A stretch of 64,000 nucleotides of DNA from Camelus dromedarius. Taxonomy: Eukaryota. The stretch spans positions 90,088,001 to 90,152,000 of the forward strand of contig NC_087436.1 in assembly GCF_036321535.1 (NCBI RefSeq). Reading direction: 5' to 3'. Both the position numbers and the translations under genes were made by a program. Of this stretch, positions 23,891-38,976 are shown piece after piece; the first letter of the stretch is position 1; each line of letters starts with the position of its first letter. The notes under the pieces were generated by a model that worked only from the letters and a program-made list of their open reading frames with translations, was not told the DNA's origin and did no database searches.

Positions 23891-26800
23891 TCCCAAAGCT
23901 AAATTTCCATTGCCACAGGCTATCTGTTATGACTTTCATATGACAATTTACAACAATATTGTTAGCTCAATATTTATAGTAATAAATGTGCACATATACA
24001 AATATGCTTTTAATATTTCAAGGAAAATAACAGTTGGAGAAAAGAATTTATACATTATTTCTTTTAGGCAATTTTTACCATTATTGAAGAAATTTCAAAC
24101 CAAGTTAAGTACTGAAGGAATATGTATGTACTAAGGGGTTATCAAAAATAGTATTTTTGAACTTATATAAATTAATTACAAAGTTGAATAGTCTAAGCTT
24201 ATATAATCTTCCTTCTTTAATTTTTCTCTACCACGAGAAAATTTCACTGAGCACATTTTATTCAGAGGCATCTTGAAAGCATAATAAATGATTTCATGGA
24301 TGCCTTGATTCCACTATTTGAAAAATTCCTGGCTAGGGAGGGGAATGAAGGTAGAAAATGGAGCCCTGTCAGGAAAGAAAATCCATCGTCAACATGTGCT
24401 TAAATAGTGGCAATGCTTGAGACATTATTTCATTCAATTCCTGCAGTCTCCTGTGAGGTAGTTATTTTTAATGAGATACTGAAAGTTTTGGTACTAGAGT
24501 TATCTGTTCAGGTCATGTTGTTGGTAAATGGCAGAGTTAAGACTTGAACTTAGATTAGCCTGACTAAATATGGTGTGCGTGTGTGTGTATGTGTGTGTGT
24601 AGTGTGTATTGTTTTCCTTCTTTCATGGTTTGATATAGAGAAGAATAAAATATATTTTTTTGTCATTTGAATTTATTTTTTCTCTAAAGAAACCCTTAAC
24701 TTTCGAACTCAATATACTTTTCACTTCTGTTCCCATTAACGTGAATGTGATTTTTACAAGTGTTTTTAACAGAACACTCTTCTCACAAGATGCTTTAAGG
24801 CTGAATAAAGATTTGGTAGTCATTAAGTTTGGAAAATACTGTATTTTCTATCTCCTTTCATGAGACAGATGATGCACAATTTTGAAGCTCCTGAGAAGTC
24901 CAGCAATGAAGAAGCCTGTCTAAGCAGTTTCCTTAAACTATTTGATCACAAAATCCTTTTACTATTTTGAAAAGGGGAAATCTAATCAAACTGGAATTAC
25001 ATAGAATGCATTTTAAGAAATGTTCTTCTAGAGTATATCTACAGAAGTATGTTCTTGAATTTATCAATGTGGCCCTTAGGAAGGGGCAAAGCTAGATGGA
25101 ACATATTTTCACATGTCCAAACTGTACACAAAGTTTCTTTGCTGCCTTGAAAAAGAAGAAATCCAAAGATAAACTTTTCTGGCAAGATCCAAAGGAAACT
25201 TCAGCCAAAGTTGGCTGATGGGGCTCTTTGCTGCCCCCAGTTTACAGCTTGTAGGTGATGATTCAATATGTGTTAGTTAGGCAGTAATAGCCAGTGGATT
25301 AATAATCACCTATACAAGCCCTGTTTTAACACCAAATCTGGGAGACAAATAAATTGCTGCCTCTGAAGTCCTGAAAAATGTGCTTTTCCTTATGTAACAG
25401 CAATGATTTCAGTGTAAGAAGACTTGAAATTACAATATGACAAACATTACTAGATGTCTAAGAGCTGTGTTCACTGTACGTCTACCTCTTGTTGAGAAGT
25501 TTAGTTCAACCTTGGATGAACAGAGTACTTGGAAATGCAGACTTTAAAGTTGGCACATGTAATACAATTATTGCTAAAGATGATGCTCACTATTTGCTTA
25601 TACAAATAAAAACGTACAGAAATCCTTTGCATATCCTGACTAGTCACAAAATTTCTTTAGTTAAAGATGATAAACCAGTTCAAGCCAATATTTCTTAAAA
25701 CTATATAACTTTAATAAATGAGAAACTATACATATTAGTGATCCTGCTTCTTTTAGAATTTTGTTTCTTTTCTGATTTTATGTAAATAAATTGGGAACAT
25801 GTTAAAAATTGCTTAAGTCATTTTTTTCAAATTTCTCTCAGCTCTCAATAGCTTTAAAGTTAAGTTACCTTGACATAAATTCGTTGACATATGTACTTTT
25901 GCATTATTTCATTACTGCTTATTTAACATAGGTGACACAATATCTCCAATTTTTTTAAAAAAGTATCCAGTCTGCAACTATTCACTCAGCCCTTTCTTTT
26001 TGCTAGGTATAATCTTAGAGGTTTAGAATAAAAAAAAAATGAAGAATACACAGTCTCTGTCATCAAGATGCTTATAGTATAAAAAGAAGGCAGGCATGTA
26101 TGAGACATATGAGTGAACAGTGTCAGAGAAGCCATAGAAAGATAATAAAGTGAAGCATTGTAGAGCATAGAGAATGAAGAGTTTGATACTACCTATAATG
26201 TTTGTAAAACCTGATGCTTTTCAACAGTTGCATTTAACCTTCAACGTTGCATCTTAACCACTAGCTAAAATTCTGTGAAGACCGAGGCACACCGTATTTT
26301 AAAATTTAGGAAAAACACTTAATACGTGAATTAGAAAATTTCACAAACAGAAATACCATTGTATTTCCTTACACTAAATTCAGAATTGTGGCAAAGATAA
26401 TGCCTCCATGGTAACAGAAAGACCGATGCAATGGATAGCGACTTTTTCATTATTAAGGGATGTGAAAAGTAGCCTCTTCTTCCTATTTATTCAGTCCTAA
26501 CCCTGGACAGTGTGGAGAAGGCAGAGAATGCCATAGACTTACTACTTAGCTGCTTTAGAGGTAAGATGAAGATGTTGGATTATATGATTATTAAAGGGCC
26601 TTTGAAGCTTAATAGTTTATACATGTAATCCTAATTCCATTAAGTAAGAACAAGACAGAATGCGAAAGAAGCAAGAAGGAGCAGGAGGGGGCCCCCAGTA
26701 GATCCCGGGACTGAATAAATTCTGACAATCAGAGAGGTGTGTGAGAATGAGCAGGCCAGGTGAGGGCTCCTACCCAGTCCCTTCCTGCATTATCGCTAAA

Positions 26801-27539
26801 AATGGCAGGAACCTGGATATTACTTCAGATATTTATTTTTGAAAATCCTTACTCTGATTTCCATGTGGTTGCACAGGAAAGCCAAACACCTACACTTAAA
26901 TCTCTACTCTTTGTTGAAGTGCCAGCACACAGAGCAAGGAGCTGAACATTCAACCTGGAGGAAGCACCGTCTGTCTCTAGACGGGGTAACAGGTTTCCGT
27001 TTTTGCTTTGATGAAAGGTTCCTGGGCTCAGGGGAAAATATTCCACAAATCTGAATGAAATCCCTTCGGTATGAAATTTGTGCATAAACCTGGAAGGAGG
27101 CAGTTTTCATGTGGCTTGGGGCTTTCTGATGAAAATTTCACATCGTTCTGGTTTGTTTGTTTCCCCCAGGAACCCTCACAAATAAGCCTGTGTGAAGCAG
27201 TTCCCAGCAGATATTTCACTTTATTAGCTTTCCTTTCTTTCTCCTGTGGCTGCTTTTTATCTTTCTCTTTCAAACTCTTGCAGCCTAGCTCCTCAGAGCT
27301 ACGTGTTAGGTCAAAGCGTTACTGCACTACTCTCTGAGGGCCCATGCGGGGACGGGATGCTCCTTTCACTGTAGTACATGAACTAAACACTCTGGGCACA
27401 TTTTTCCATCAGAAAGCTCACTGAGTCCATCTAGCCCAACATCTTTATTTGCTACAGATGAACCTGAGGCTCAGAGAGGTTAAGTGAAATTGGTCTCCCT
27501 ACTCCTATGACCTTAGTGACTCAAGTATGATGTTCTCTC

Positions 27540-28250
27540 TTCCTCTGTTTGCTACACACTTACCTAAGTGTCTCACTGTCTTTAGATCTGCCTTTTGCAA
27601 TCCACTCTTCACATTGATTATGAGAATTTATTTTTAAAAAATGCACTCTTCGTGCCATGAAATCTCTAAGTCATCCCATTGTTTTAACCCCTTAATTTCC
27701 ATCCCAAGTCTGTGACAGATCTGTCCACTTCTTATTGTATTATTTAATTATTTCATTTTAGTGGAGGGGAGGTAATTAGGTTTATTTATTTTTAGAAGAG
27801 GTACTGGGGATTGAACCCAGGACTGGCCACTTCTGATTTCCAGCTTGAACTCTTCTCACCTCTCTTTCTCAAGGGCTGTCCTCTCGCCTTTTTGACCACA
27901 GCATGTTTGTTCTTGCATGGCCTTGGGGCTTGTAAATGCTGATCTCTCACTCTACAGAAACTTCCACCTTCCACTGAAGTCTTAACACCTAGAGGTTACA
28001 GATCAGAACTCAAATGTCACTAATATCTAATGTGTACTGCCTTAGTTCCCTGCCCACACCTCCCACTCTCCTCCCAAATACTGCTTAGCAACTATAACAT
28101 GCATTGTGATTTTTTTTAAACTGTATGTTTATCCAGCAGACTATGAGCTCCATCAGAGCAGGGTTTTTATTTGTTCTTGCTAATTGCTGTAAGTTATGTA
28201 ATTAGCACAGTGTCCAGCATACAAAGGACTTAAGATATCTGCTTATAAAA
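27540..28250 (+). mobile_element. L2 LINE 3' portion
   Basis: agactatgagctccatcagagcaggg...tagcacagtgtccagcataca is the L2 3' end; interrupted by a SINE. Confidence 0.7.
27737..27822 (-). mobile_element. 5'-truncated camelid-type tRNA-derived SINE with target-site duplication
   Basis: Reverse complement reads tcctgggttcaatccccagtacctc...aaataaataaacctaattacctcccc (B box and A-rich tail); flanks ctgtccacttcttatt (27721-27736) and ctggccacttctgatt (27823-27838) match 14/16. Confidence 0.85.
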
Positions 28251-31200
28251 CAAACTGGAAACAAATTCCCCCCCTTTCAGTCTGATACTCTTTTCTCTAT
28301 TCCATATATTTTAATTTCACTTGAATCACTTACAATCCCACAATGACAGTCTGAGTTTATTCATATTCCTAGCCCTTTTTACTACCCTTAAGCACACTGT
28401 GGTTCCAGTTTAAAGAATTACCTACTGCTCCTCTCAAGCGCCACTTGATTTGTGACTTTGTTCCTCTACTTCCCCCTCAATCTGATGAAATCCTATTCAC
28501 AGATCACCACCTCTATAAAGCCTTCCCAGATTGACACTTTTGTGTCTCCACTGTATTTTCTCTGTACTTAGCACACATTTCCAAGTCCAAGAGGACTTCT
28601 CCTACACATATTTGTCACTTACTTCCAAGGTGTTATTTTACATTTTTGTTTGTATGTTTGTTACTCTAGTACCTTCAAGATTCATAGATTTAGGGATTAT
28701 GATTTACTCTTCTTTTTTAAAAAATTGAATTAAAGTCAGTTACAATTTCTGTCAATATCAGTATTATCACATAATCTGATGCAAATTAAGCTTAATAAGT
28801 GCTTCTTAAATAAATAACAAAACTGGTATGATATTTGTACCTGTTCTTTGTCCCTTTAATTTCTGCAAATAAGAGAAGAGAGGCACTCACGTAGCATAAA
28901 TTAAGGCACATACATTTCATGTCAGAATGCCCCAGGGTTCCACTTTTACTGTTTATGAGCTGAGTTACCTGAGGCCACTCACTTTACATTCTGAACTTCA
29001 ACTTTTTGATCAATAAAATGAATTGAACATAAATAAAATAATTAAAAAATTAAGTTTAAAATTAAGATGTTTACATGAAATCCATTGTGACTCTCACGAG
29101 AATGAATCCAAAGTGTTTTTTAATCAGTGACATAATATTCTTTTATTATTAGAAATATACAGATTAAAAATGAGATCAAAATTTTTCCTGTAGCATATTT
29201 TATTTCAATTGTTTTTTATATTTTAAAGAATTATGATTATTTAATTAAAAGTAACTTAAATGTTTATGAAATATCTTTTTCTAAAATAAAGTTTTTCATT
29301 TTATAAATCATATATACTCAATATATAAAATATGAAATATTTACAAAGTAAATGGAGAAATGACACAAATTCAAAAAGGAGGACGTATATTGTTTAGGTG
29401 AAAAACCTCATTGGTAAGCAAAGAAATATATACTGTAAAAATTTAAAAAATTTTTTATCTGTGTAGTAAAGTAAAGTAGTGTACATATGGGAAAATATAA
29501 GAATATTTGAAACTTAAATGTGTAACGTTTTGCATAATGCTGGTGGGAGTGTACATTCGTATTTCTAGTAGATTTATGAGAAAAATTAGTATAATCAAAT
29601 AGTCTCATGTTTGTTGCAAATATTCATCCTACTTTACTCTTCATATTGACTTTTGATATTAAGAATTATTTTGAGTGGTCACTGCATATTATCACTCTTC
29701 CATGTGGTTTACCTGTATTAACACACTTAATCCTCACAACAGCCCATCCACTGGGTACTGTTATCATTCTTACTTTAGACATAATATACAGTGAAGTTAA
29801 ATAACTTGCACTGGCAAGTAAGAATTATCACCAAGATGATCAAGATGATGTGGCCTATGCTCTCTGGCTGTACATCATACTGTCTCAAGATCTAAATTAT
29901 TCATAAAATGTGATTATTTGAAAAACAATTTACTTTGTTTTACATTTTTTTACTACTCTTGATGTGATCCAGAAAACAGCTCTTTTTTTAAGTAATAAAC
30001 TACATGGTTCCACCAATTTAGAGTGTTGTACATTAGTATATTTAAGTTCCCAATTTTGAGTTCTTTAGATTTGTCCCAGATGCTGTATGCAATTTCTAAG
30101 AATTCAGATGTCTGCAATATTTTAAATTACTGTAAAAAATCAAGAATCTTTTAGCAGATTGGAAATATGAACAAAAGAATCTCTTCTAAATTCACCATGC
30201 ACTCCAACTTAATAGATCTGGCTTTGATAAAGTGAAGCTATACTTGTTCAAAATAACCTGTTGAACTCTCATTTGACTTTTATGCTCTCTGGAATGAAAT
30301 TCAAAAATATCAGTTATATATTATTTTGAAATGTCATCATTCATAAACATTGGGTGTACTATTTTATAGGATTCTCTGACTTCTCATGAGTTATCTGTTT
30401 GCAATTTTAAGATAGCAAGTACCATTTGAACATCAAACAATATGATTTATTAGATAATGTGGTGACAGAATAATTTACAATGCACATTAAACAAGCCAGT
30501 GCATAAAATAAACCTTCCAGCTTGAATTTTTGTACACAAGACAAAGCCTATTTAACTAGCATCAATACAAAAGATACTACTTACAGCTCTCTAATAGAAA
30601 AGCAAGGGGGGAAAAAAAAAACACCAAAGCAAAATCCATCCCAATTACTGAAAATGCTGACCTTGATTTTGAAATAAAGGGCAAACTGCATTAAACACTC
30701 CAACATGGGAAACAATGTCATGCTATTTTCCTCCATAGCGTGATGGGCATTGTGTTTTATGACCAGTGGTAATGTCCACCACAGGAGATACCAGAAGGGG
30801 ATCTTATTCTGAAATGTCAACTCTAAAGCCCTGAACAGTGTATTCACAGATAGAATGTTTAGGTTGGCCAGCTTCTCCCCTACCATTATCAAATAGCAAA
30901 TACGTAATTCCTGAATGATGAGTTAACATCACATTACACTCCCTTTGCTGTCATATTTTAATATAAAACTGTGCTGAATATTTTATCTTACATATTATAT
31001 AGCACCATAGTATATATTGATAATCATATGTAAACATGTTTTAAGCACTTACCACATGTCAAATTTAACTCTCCTAGCAATCCTTGGTGGTAGGTGGTGC
31101 TACTATCTATTGTGAAAGAAAGGAAAATATGTCTTTAATGCTTCTTTTGATCCTAAGATATAATATTTCAACATCAAAACTTATTACTGTACACTCATCC

Positions 31201-33049
31201 TTGCTATCATTCCATAACTAGTAACTGATATACATACTGAAGGCACTGTGGTAGATTTAATTACTGAGTCAGATTTATGCAGTGAGGAAATTTCAAAATC
31301 ACTTTTTAGAAGTTTTAATGATTGCATAGGAAGAGTAAGATGAGATAAAAATATTGTAATGTTGACATATTCAATACAGTACAAAACATTTTATTATTAT
31401 GTATTACTGAACTAATTTTTAATGGAAAGACTTTTAAGTTTTATCTCCTTCAAATACTGGGTACAATAATTATTCCCACTAGGGAAAAAAGTGCTGCTTA
31501 ATATAGTTACAAATCAAGACAAACGTATTAATTGGCATATGTTCTGTTTTAATGAACAATCAGATTTCCGTTGGGGTTGTTAATCTTTGATAATTGAAAA
31601 GAAAACTTCAGTAAACACATTTAGCAGATAATTTATTACATTAACATGCAGACTTCCAATCACAAGTCCGTATGGGACTCATGCAGGAAGAAAGAGGGAG
31701 GGGAGTGGCTTGGGAATTGATACGATCAAAATATGAGGAATTGAGAGGACCTAGACCCAGAACACTGCACCCACAGATCTAGAATAAAGAAGCTTTGGTC
31801 TGATTCATACCCACAAAGTATCTAAGGGCACTGGTCTGGGAGGTGGCACCCACCACAGCAGACTTTATGCACAAAGAGGGAGGGCACAAGGTTAAGTTCC
31901 ACTGAGGTCACAGTGAGTAGGGTCTTGTCAAACATGGAGAAGATACTTCTGAGGATTTAACAAGTTGTTACAGCTTCCAACAAGTTCAGGATGAAATGAG
32001 GGTATAATCTAAATGCTATTGCAGAAATCTTGTCACTCTGTCTTTTTACACTTGGCACAGAGGAGAAAATGTGGAGCAATTCCATTCAGGCCTGGGGCTT
32101 CACTTTATCCATTTCAGATAATGGGCTTAAAACAGAAAACAAAGTGCTGACTCTATCCACTGTATCCAAGGGCTTCTAATATGCTACCAGGGTCATTGTC
32201 ACTGGCCTGGGGACAGAAAGGGACTGCATCTGCATCTGTCAGGCCTCATTAATTGGGCAACTCAGCACAGGCGTGGAGAGACAGAGACCATAAAGCATTA
32301 TGATTCAGTTTCTTATTAGTGAAATAATGACCATGAGATCTCTAGGAGAGAATAAGGTCTTAAATATGCAAGTAAAATCCACCAGTGAGAGAGGGGTGAA
32401 TATCTCTGCTTATAATATCTTTTCGCTAACTCAACAGATCATAATTGAGATCTGTTTATCGTTGCTACGGTTGAAGCTATTAAAAAGAAGTAGATGCTTC
32501 CACTCTAGCAGGGCAAACTCAATTTCTCTTTTCCTTTCTACAAATCAGGAAACAATTTATTTTACAGTCGGAAGTTTCCTGTGTATAGATTGTTGTAGTG
32601 AGACTGAGGAACATTGAATTTTGATGAAGTGTCTTTATATTATTTCCTAAAAGGTTTTAGGATATTATTCCCTAGATACAAAATCAAATGTGGATTTTGC
32701 TTGTAAGGATTTTTGCAGAAATTTTATTCCTACTAAGTGTGACAAGTTGTCCTGGAAAAGCTTGAATATAGTTGAATAGCAGATTAGTTTTGTTCAGATT
32801 TCAACTGAGGATAGCTCAGCCCAACATGCTTCTCCATTCATGGCACTTTATCATCATCAATCTTTATAAGTCCTCTCTCATATTTTATATTTTATCTCAG
32901 TTATTTCCTACGTTTTATTTTATTTTACACCCATCCTGCATTTAACTAGATTCTCACTGTCCTATATTTATCAGGGAAATAGATGGATAGATCTTTTCAA
33001 ATATATGTAATACTGATGAGTGTGTGTGTATGTTTTGATTATATTTTAA

Positions 33050-33310
33050 GGTAAGTAATAAACAGTTTTAAGAATTATTCAGGTCTTAATATGTGCGGAG
33101 CACCCTTCAAAGTGTTTTTCATATATTGACTCATTTAATCCTTAAGATAATTACATAGGGTACGTACTATTATTTTTTCCATTTTTAGGTAACTGAAGCA
33201 CAGAGAGGTTATGTGATTTGCCCTAGGTTACACAGCTAACAAGAAGTCATACTCAGATTATTTGGCTTCAGAAACGAGAAGTTTTAATCCATCTCTATGT
33301 ATGCTGCCTC
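33050..33310 (-). mobile_element. MIR SINE
   Basis: aactgaagcacagagaggttatgtgatttgccctaggttacacagctaa. Confidence 0.85.
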
Positions 33311-33319
33311 TATATATGT

Positions 33320-33860
33320 TGCATTGTGTTGTAAATCCTTTTTCTATATCTTAATGAAAAATTAAGATGCTGTATTTTAAAGATCAGTCAATATTAGTGT
33401 AAAAATATTATTCATTGCTTTGAATTGTTCCTGTTGCAGTAAGCATTCTGTAAAATTCCCTTTTGAGCCCATTTGTGTTTGGATGTGGAGTGGAATTTTT
33501 GGGTCATGCTATACACGCACATTACATTTTATTACATCATGTTAAATAAAGTACTCTCCAAAATTGTTGTACCAGTTCTCATTCCAAGCAAAATGCATGC
33601 AGGTTACTATTTTATCACATAATACACAACCCCTGATATTTATCCATGTTTCCCAGTCTGATCGAAGGCATATCACTGTGGTTGTAATTTGCCATTTCTA
33701 GGACTAGAGGAGTTAATTGTCCTTTCATATAGTTAGCCATTGGGGTTTCTTTTTTTTTTTTTGTAAATTAGTTGTTCATAATCTTTGTCTATTCTTAATG
33801 GGTTTGTTTTCTTGTTGACTTTTAAGTAGTTTCTTAGATATTTTTATATTCATATAGAAA
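33320..33860 (-). mobile_element. Old L1 (L1ME-type) fragment
   Basis: ggagtggaatttttgggtcat, ctctccaaaattgttgtaccagtt, cactgtggttgtaatttgccattt. Confidence 0.7.
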
Positions 33861-34476
33861 TATATTTTTTAATTTTAAAATTCTTTTTTTTTAATTGATA
33901 GTTTTGGTGTTACCTAGAGTAGTCACAATCAGAAATTGCAAACACATATCTTTAACAGAACCAAGAAATTGGGTGATACTCACAGATTACGGAGACTGAA
34001 ACAAAAAGAATAATGACAAGGACAGCAAATTCACATGGAATGTTAGTGAAAAAAAACTAACACTACATCAGAAGGTTTACTAAGCATAGCAACTCACTGA
34101 AGTAAGTATTGTCATCCCTGTTTTAATGACGATTAAACTGGAACTCACGACAGTTAAGTTACCTATCCATACGATTGATAAGTGAAGGGCAATGGTACTT
34201 GGGGTAAAGTACGATATAGTGGGTTCCAAATCTTCATTTTTACCAGCAGAACAAGTGATTCTGATGGATTTAGTTCTTTGTCAGCACTTAAGAAAGACTG
34301 TCTATCTAAACCCTACATTTGTCAGACTTTATGACAACTGCTCTATGTGCAGGGAAGAAAAAATTATCAAAGCATGAGTAAGGAGGGAATCAAGAACTTC
34401 TCTGGCCGTGTCACCCTTCTTTTCTCTATAGATAAAAATGCCCAAATATCTCTCAGTCCACATATAAAGAGAAAGG

Positions 34477-35170
34477 TGTTTTAGCAAAATATAACTGAAA
34501 ACAAAAATCTTCTATCAATCCAGCAAACCTCATAAATGAAGTAGAGAAAGAAAATAGTTTATTTCTGTGTAAGAATTATCAGAATGGGATGTGTATCACA
34601 GGCAATCTGCTAAGAGGTTTCAAAGGCAGAAAGAAATCTCAACTTTTTTTATAGCCAAGTAAATACAACCCATTGCATATATGTTCACAGGATAAACAAT
34701 AACTAGTCCTCAAGTAGGAGGACATGACATTATTGATCACATGTAGAGTGTCACCTGTGATCACCTGGCAATTGAGGTGACCATCTGTGTTAGTTAAGTA
34801 GCTTTATTCCAAGGAAAGATAAACTTTTCATATCTTTATGACAGAAGATAGTTTTGCAACTTGAAGCTAGCAAATTAGGCTCCTATCCTCCCATGGAAAC
34901 TGGGAGATAGGGCCCTATCTTCCTTGGATGCTTACATTCCAATGAGATGGTTTCCACGTCCTTGAGAAAGCCATTTTTGGGTATTTATACAGCCAACAAA
35001 AGACTTCTTTAGCTTTTTAGAAGTTTTACATGAGTTTCAAAGAGACAGAGAAAGAATTTCCAAACTTTCTAAACCAAATGGTCTAAGAAAAGGGAGTGGA
35101 GGGAATTCTTTTCTTTTATTTTCAATGTGGAAAGTTAAAACTCCTATTTTTATTTATTAATTGCCCTAAT
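34477..35170 (-). mobile_element. ERV1-class solo LTR (MER4 group, possibly MER67-like), copy 1
   Basis: Colinear with 56190-57105 (catcacaggca, actagtcctcaagta, tggcaattgagg, tttcaaagagaca); family name from memory. Confidence 0.75.
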
Positions 35171-36454
35171 TCTGCAGTTTATACTCCTGGATACTCTACA
35201 GTGTCCAGATTGTCTTTTATCCATTGGCAATCGTAGGGAAACGATAAATCTAATAGGGTAAAACAAGGCATGTGTGTTGATAAAACATTTATATGTATTA
35301 AAACAATTAGTACTCACCACAACCTATGAGTGCAATACTATTATTGTCCCCTTTTACAGATGAGGCAGCTGAGGCACAGAACTGAAATAATAACTCAAAG
35401 TAGCCTGGTTCTGAAGTCTAGGCAATTAGCCACGCTTGTATCCTGGAATCCCTTTTACCTAAAATTTTCTCTTTCTCTGCCCCAACCTTCTCGTATCTAC
35501 CACCTCTTCTTAAGAAAATTTTGATGACACATTTAATTCTGAAAAGCACTAATAGTTTCTTTCCAGACACATGAGAAAAATTTTCTGAAGGAACCAGACT
35601 ACTCTGACAGCAAAAGGCAGATATTTATTTCAGATGTTTAGAATTTGTGCCTAGTTAATTTCTGCTTAATAAAACAAAAATTTATAGAGCATTAAGACAG
35701 GGGAGACAAAAGACAAAAAAAAGCTTGCCTCATAGTCATTGTTTCTTCTCATTATAAAGTGTACAGCATGGCCTTTTAAAATCTGAAATAGCTTATTATT
35801 TTTCTTTTAAAGCAAGGTCTATTTGTATAAGACAACAGTGCCTATGAGTATACAGCTACCAAAGGAAAAATCTTGCCTGCCAAATATATGTTTTCTTATT
35901 AAATCTCCAAGGAGTGAAAATTAAGTGTAGGATTTAGGCTAAACACTCAGAATAGTTGAAGAGGACAAGGTTCTGGCCTTCAGAAATTTACAAACTAATG
36001 AGGAAGGTGGACTCATTACCATTCCAAGAACTGGTAGAGTTACAAAACCTCTTTTTCATCTATTACCTCATTTGGTCTTCATTGCAACAAGTGACGGATG
36101 TCTCATTTTAATTCTCACATTGCAGGTAAGTAAATTGGGGCCCAAAAAGGTTAATCAATTTGTCCAAATTTACACTCTAAATGAGAGGCTGAAACCAGAA
36201 CTTCTCCCTAAATCTTATGCTCATTCCACTCCAGCTGCTTAATTTACTAAAACTGCCTTTAAAACATAAAACCAAGATTTTTAATATTAAACAATGAACC
36301 AGTATTTTACTAAAAAGCATTTTGATTCATTTCAAAAATCTAATCTGGAGAATGTCGTGGACATCTCTTTTTTGTGTGCTGCACAGCATTTGTTTCATCT
36401 GTACTCTGGTAGCTGCACCCTGGCTGTCACTGACCTTAGGGATTGCAGGGAACA

Positions 36455-36841
36455 CTGTCGCTCCAATCCTTCTGAATTCCTGTGTGCCCCTGCCCGGTTT
36501 CCATGTGCCTTTGCTTCCAGTGGCCTGTATTTAGACTTCTCTTCAGAAGACTGCCCTCAGGACCCTGGACCCACTCTGGATCCCTCATGCACAGGAGGTC
36601 TAGAGTTTATGTTTATCCAAGACCAGTAATGGAAAAGCGTAGGAGTAAAGTTGAAAAGTGCAGGAAAAGGTTGAAGACATCTCTTTTTGGACAGATCTTG
36701 AAACATACCCCCTTTTCTGGACTCTGCCTGAAATCACATCCTTGCTTGGTTTCCTTCCCTTTCCTGTCTTCCTTTCTGCATTCTCCTAGGAATACTGCGT
36801 TACTCACCTACAAGGGAACCTGGGGAACCTGGCCTAAGACA
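36455..36841 (+). mobile_element. ERVL solo LTR, LTR16-like
   Basis: ctgcctgaaatcacatccttgcttggtttccttccc and terminal ggggaacctggcctaagaca. Confidence 0.65.
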
Positions 36842-37734
36842 GAGGTGCATCCTGCGACATGACCTTATGCCAGCTGGTGACTCACATTCTCCTGCCATGG
36901 ATTTGTGCTTAGAGTTGATATTCAATTTAAACCAACAAGGTAGAATAAGATTTCCCTGGGAATCCTGTGGGAGCAATCACTGCCTCGTCTTAAGGAAACT
37001 GAAGCTGAGAGAATATAAAGTTTTGATCTCCTACAGCTAGTTTTTCTGAGCCTGGTGGAGAGTAAAGCCAAAACATTGAGTCAAGTTGAGCCAAGTGGAG
37101 GGAGAAAACAGATGCTAAGGCTTTCATTTACGCCAGTGTATCAAGCTGTGCCTGAAGGCAGCCTTGCCTCTGGACTTAGATACCTGAGCCAGACAATTCC
37201 TCTTTTTGCTTATGCCAGATTGGTTCACATTCTCCAAAGAATAATGAACTATTTCCTTATTAGTAGAGGAAATTGAAATATATTTTTCAATTGATATAAT
37301 GTAAGGAGTATTGAGTCCATTTTTTCTCAACAATGGAAAACTACTTGAAACCATTCAGTATACTCAAATTTTAGGATTATGTATTTAAAAGTAGAGAAGA
37401 GGACATTGCCATTTTTAGCTGTTTTTATAAATTTTTCTATCCAAAGATAAAAGGCTTTCTCTGAAATACCATTTTTCTGCTGATAAAAATTCTGTCTTTG
37501 GCAGTAAAACCAGGTTGTAAAGTTAATACAATAGTGCAGTACAAATGATCTTAGTTAATTTTGCCCTAAAATAACCCAAGGATTTATATACTGTATATAC
37601 AATGCTTTACGTATTATACTATCAATTACTATTTATAAATGTTGAGAGAGGAAGGGGTAGTATAATTAATTCTGAAGTTAGAACACCCTCACTGAAAAGA
37701 GATAATGTTATTATTACCATTATTATTATTAATT

Positions 37735-37975
37735 AAAAGCAGTGTATAACTAAGAGTTTGAATTATAGAGTGATACAGGTTCTGGAAATGTATACAAATT
37801 CTGACAGATTCTAGCTACTTGTTTGATTTTTGGAAAAAAAAATAGCTTTTCTGAGACTGAATAGCCTTATCTATAAAATGAGAATTATGTATTTATATAA
37901 TTACCTCATCTGAGGAATAAGTGAGATAATTCATTTCAAATTCTTAGCACAATGTTGGCCATATAGTAAAAGTTT
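37735..37975 (+). mobile_element. MIR SINE
   Basis: ccttatctataaaatgagaattat...gaggaataagtgagataat...cttagcacaatgttggccatatagtaa. Confidence 0.7.
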
Positions 37976-38976
37976 AAAATTAGCAATTTCTGTTACTTTC
38001 AAGGGGGAAATCATTTATTCACATTTGTTACATACACTGTTTTTTCTCAAAAATATCTCTTAAACTCAGTAAGTAAAAAGCCTAGATAGCCAAAAATAAA
38101 ATATTTGACATCATCCCATATCTCTGGAAAGGTTCTCAGTGCTGTAAGCACAGTGATCAAATTCAGATGTGTGGTAGATTTTTAGGAGGTGCATGGGAAG
38201 TTAATCACTGAGTTAATGGATGCTGCTTCACTGTGAAGGTGGGCTAATGTGACATCAAAAAGGCGTGAACATTTATTTTTAACCAATCAACTATTTGATT
38301 TATCTGTATGACATATTTGAATAAATATTTAACTTTTAATGAATATTCCATTTCTTTTACATTCATGAATTACATTAATTACATTGGTGCAATTATTAGT
38401 AGTAAAAAATGGGCAAAAATCATAACTAACCACTGTAGCATTGTGAAGTTCTGAAAATTATGAAACTGTTTCAATATATTAGCACATTTAACTCAAAATA
38501 TTTATGGTCAAGATGTGGCAGTACTATTCCCACATTACAAATTAGTACACTGAGGCTGATAGAAATAAAATACATTAAGTTGTAGTCAGATACTTAGTCT
38601 GCTGCTTAACTCCACTTTCTCTGAACAAATGTTACTACTTTGAAATACTCACTCATGGGGTCTATGATAGAAACTGAGTGAAGGAAAATTTGCAGATTAA
38701 GCTCTTGACAAGCCTGTGCAGGAGATTTCTGTATGATCTAAATCCAACCAAATTTGATATCTAGGATGTTGAGGCTACAGCCATAGACAATGGCTTTATT
38801 CTGAGGAAACAAGTAAAACGGCATCTGCCCTTCAGAGCGCTCTCATGGACTTGTGTAAATCAGGAAGAATCCTATCAGTTATTTTAGCTGAGAAAATGTA
38901 ATATGGATTATGGCAACTAGGAATTGGTTTTTAAAAGTGATAATATTGTAAAATAGCAAAAACGGAACACTAAGGC

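Noticed and set aside
26490..26514. REST/RE1-like half sites (ttcagtcc...ggacagtg)
   Set aside because: Several mismatches in both halves and non-canonical spacing.
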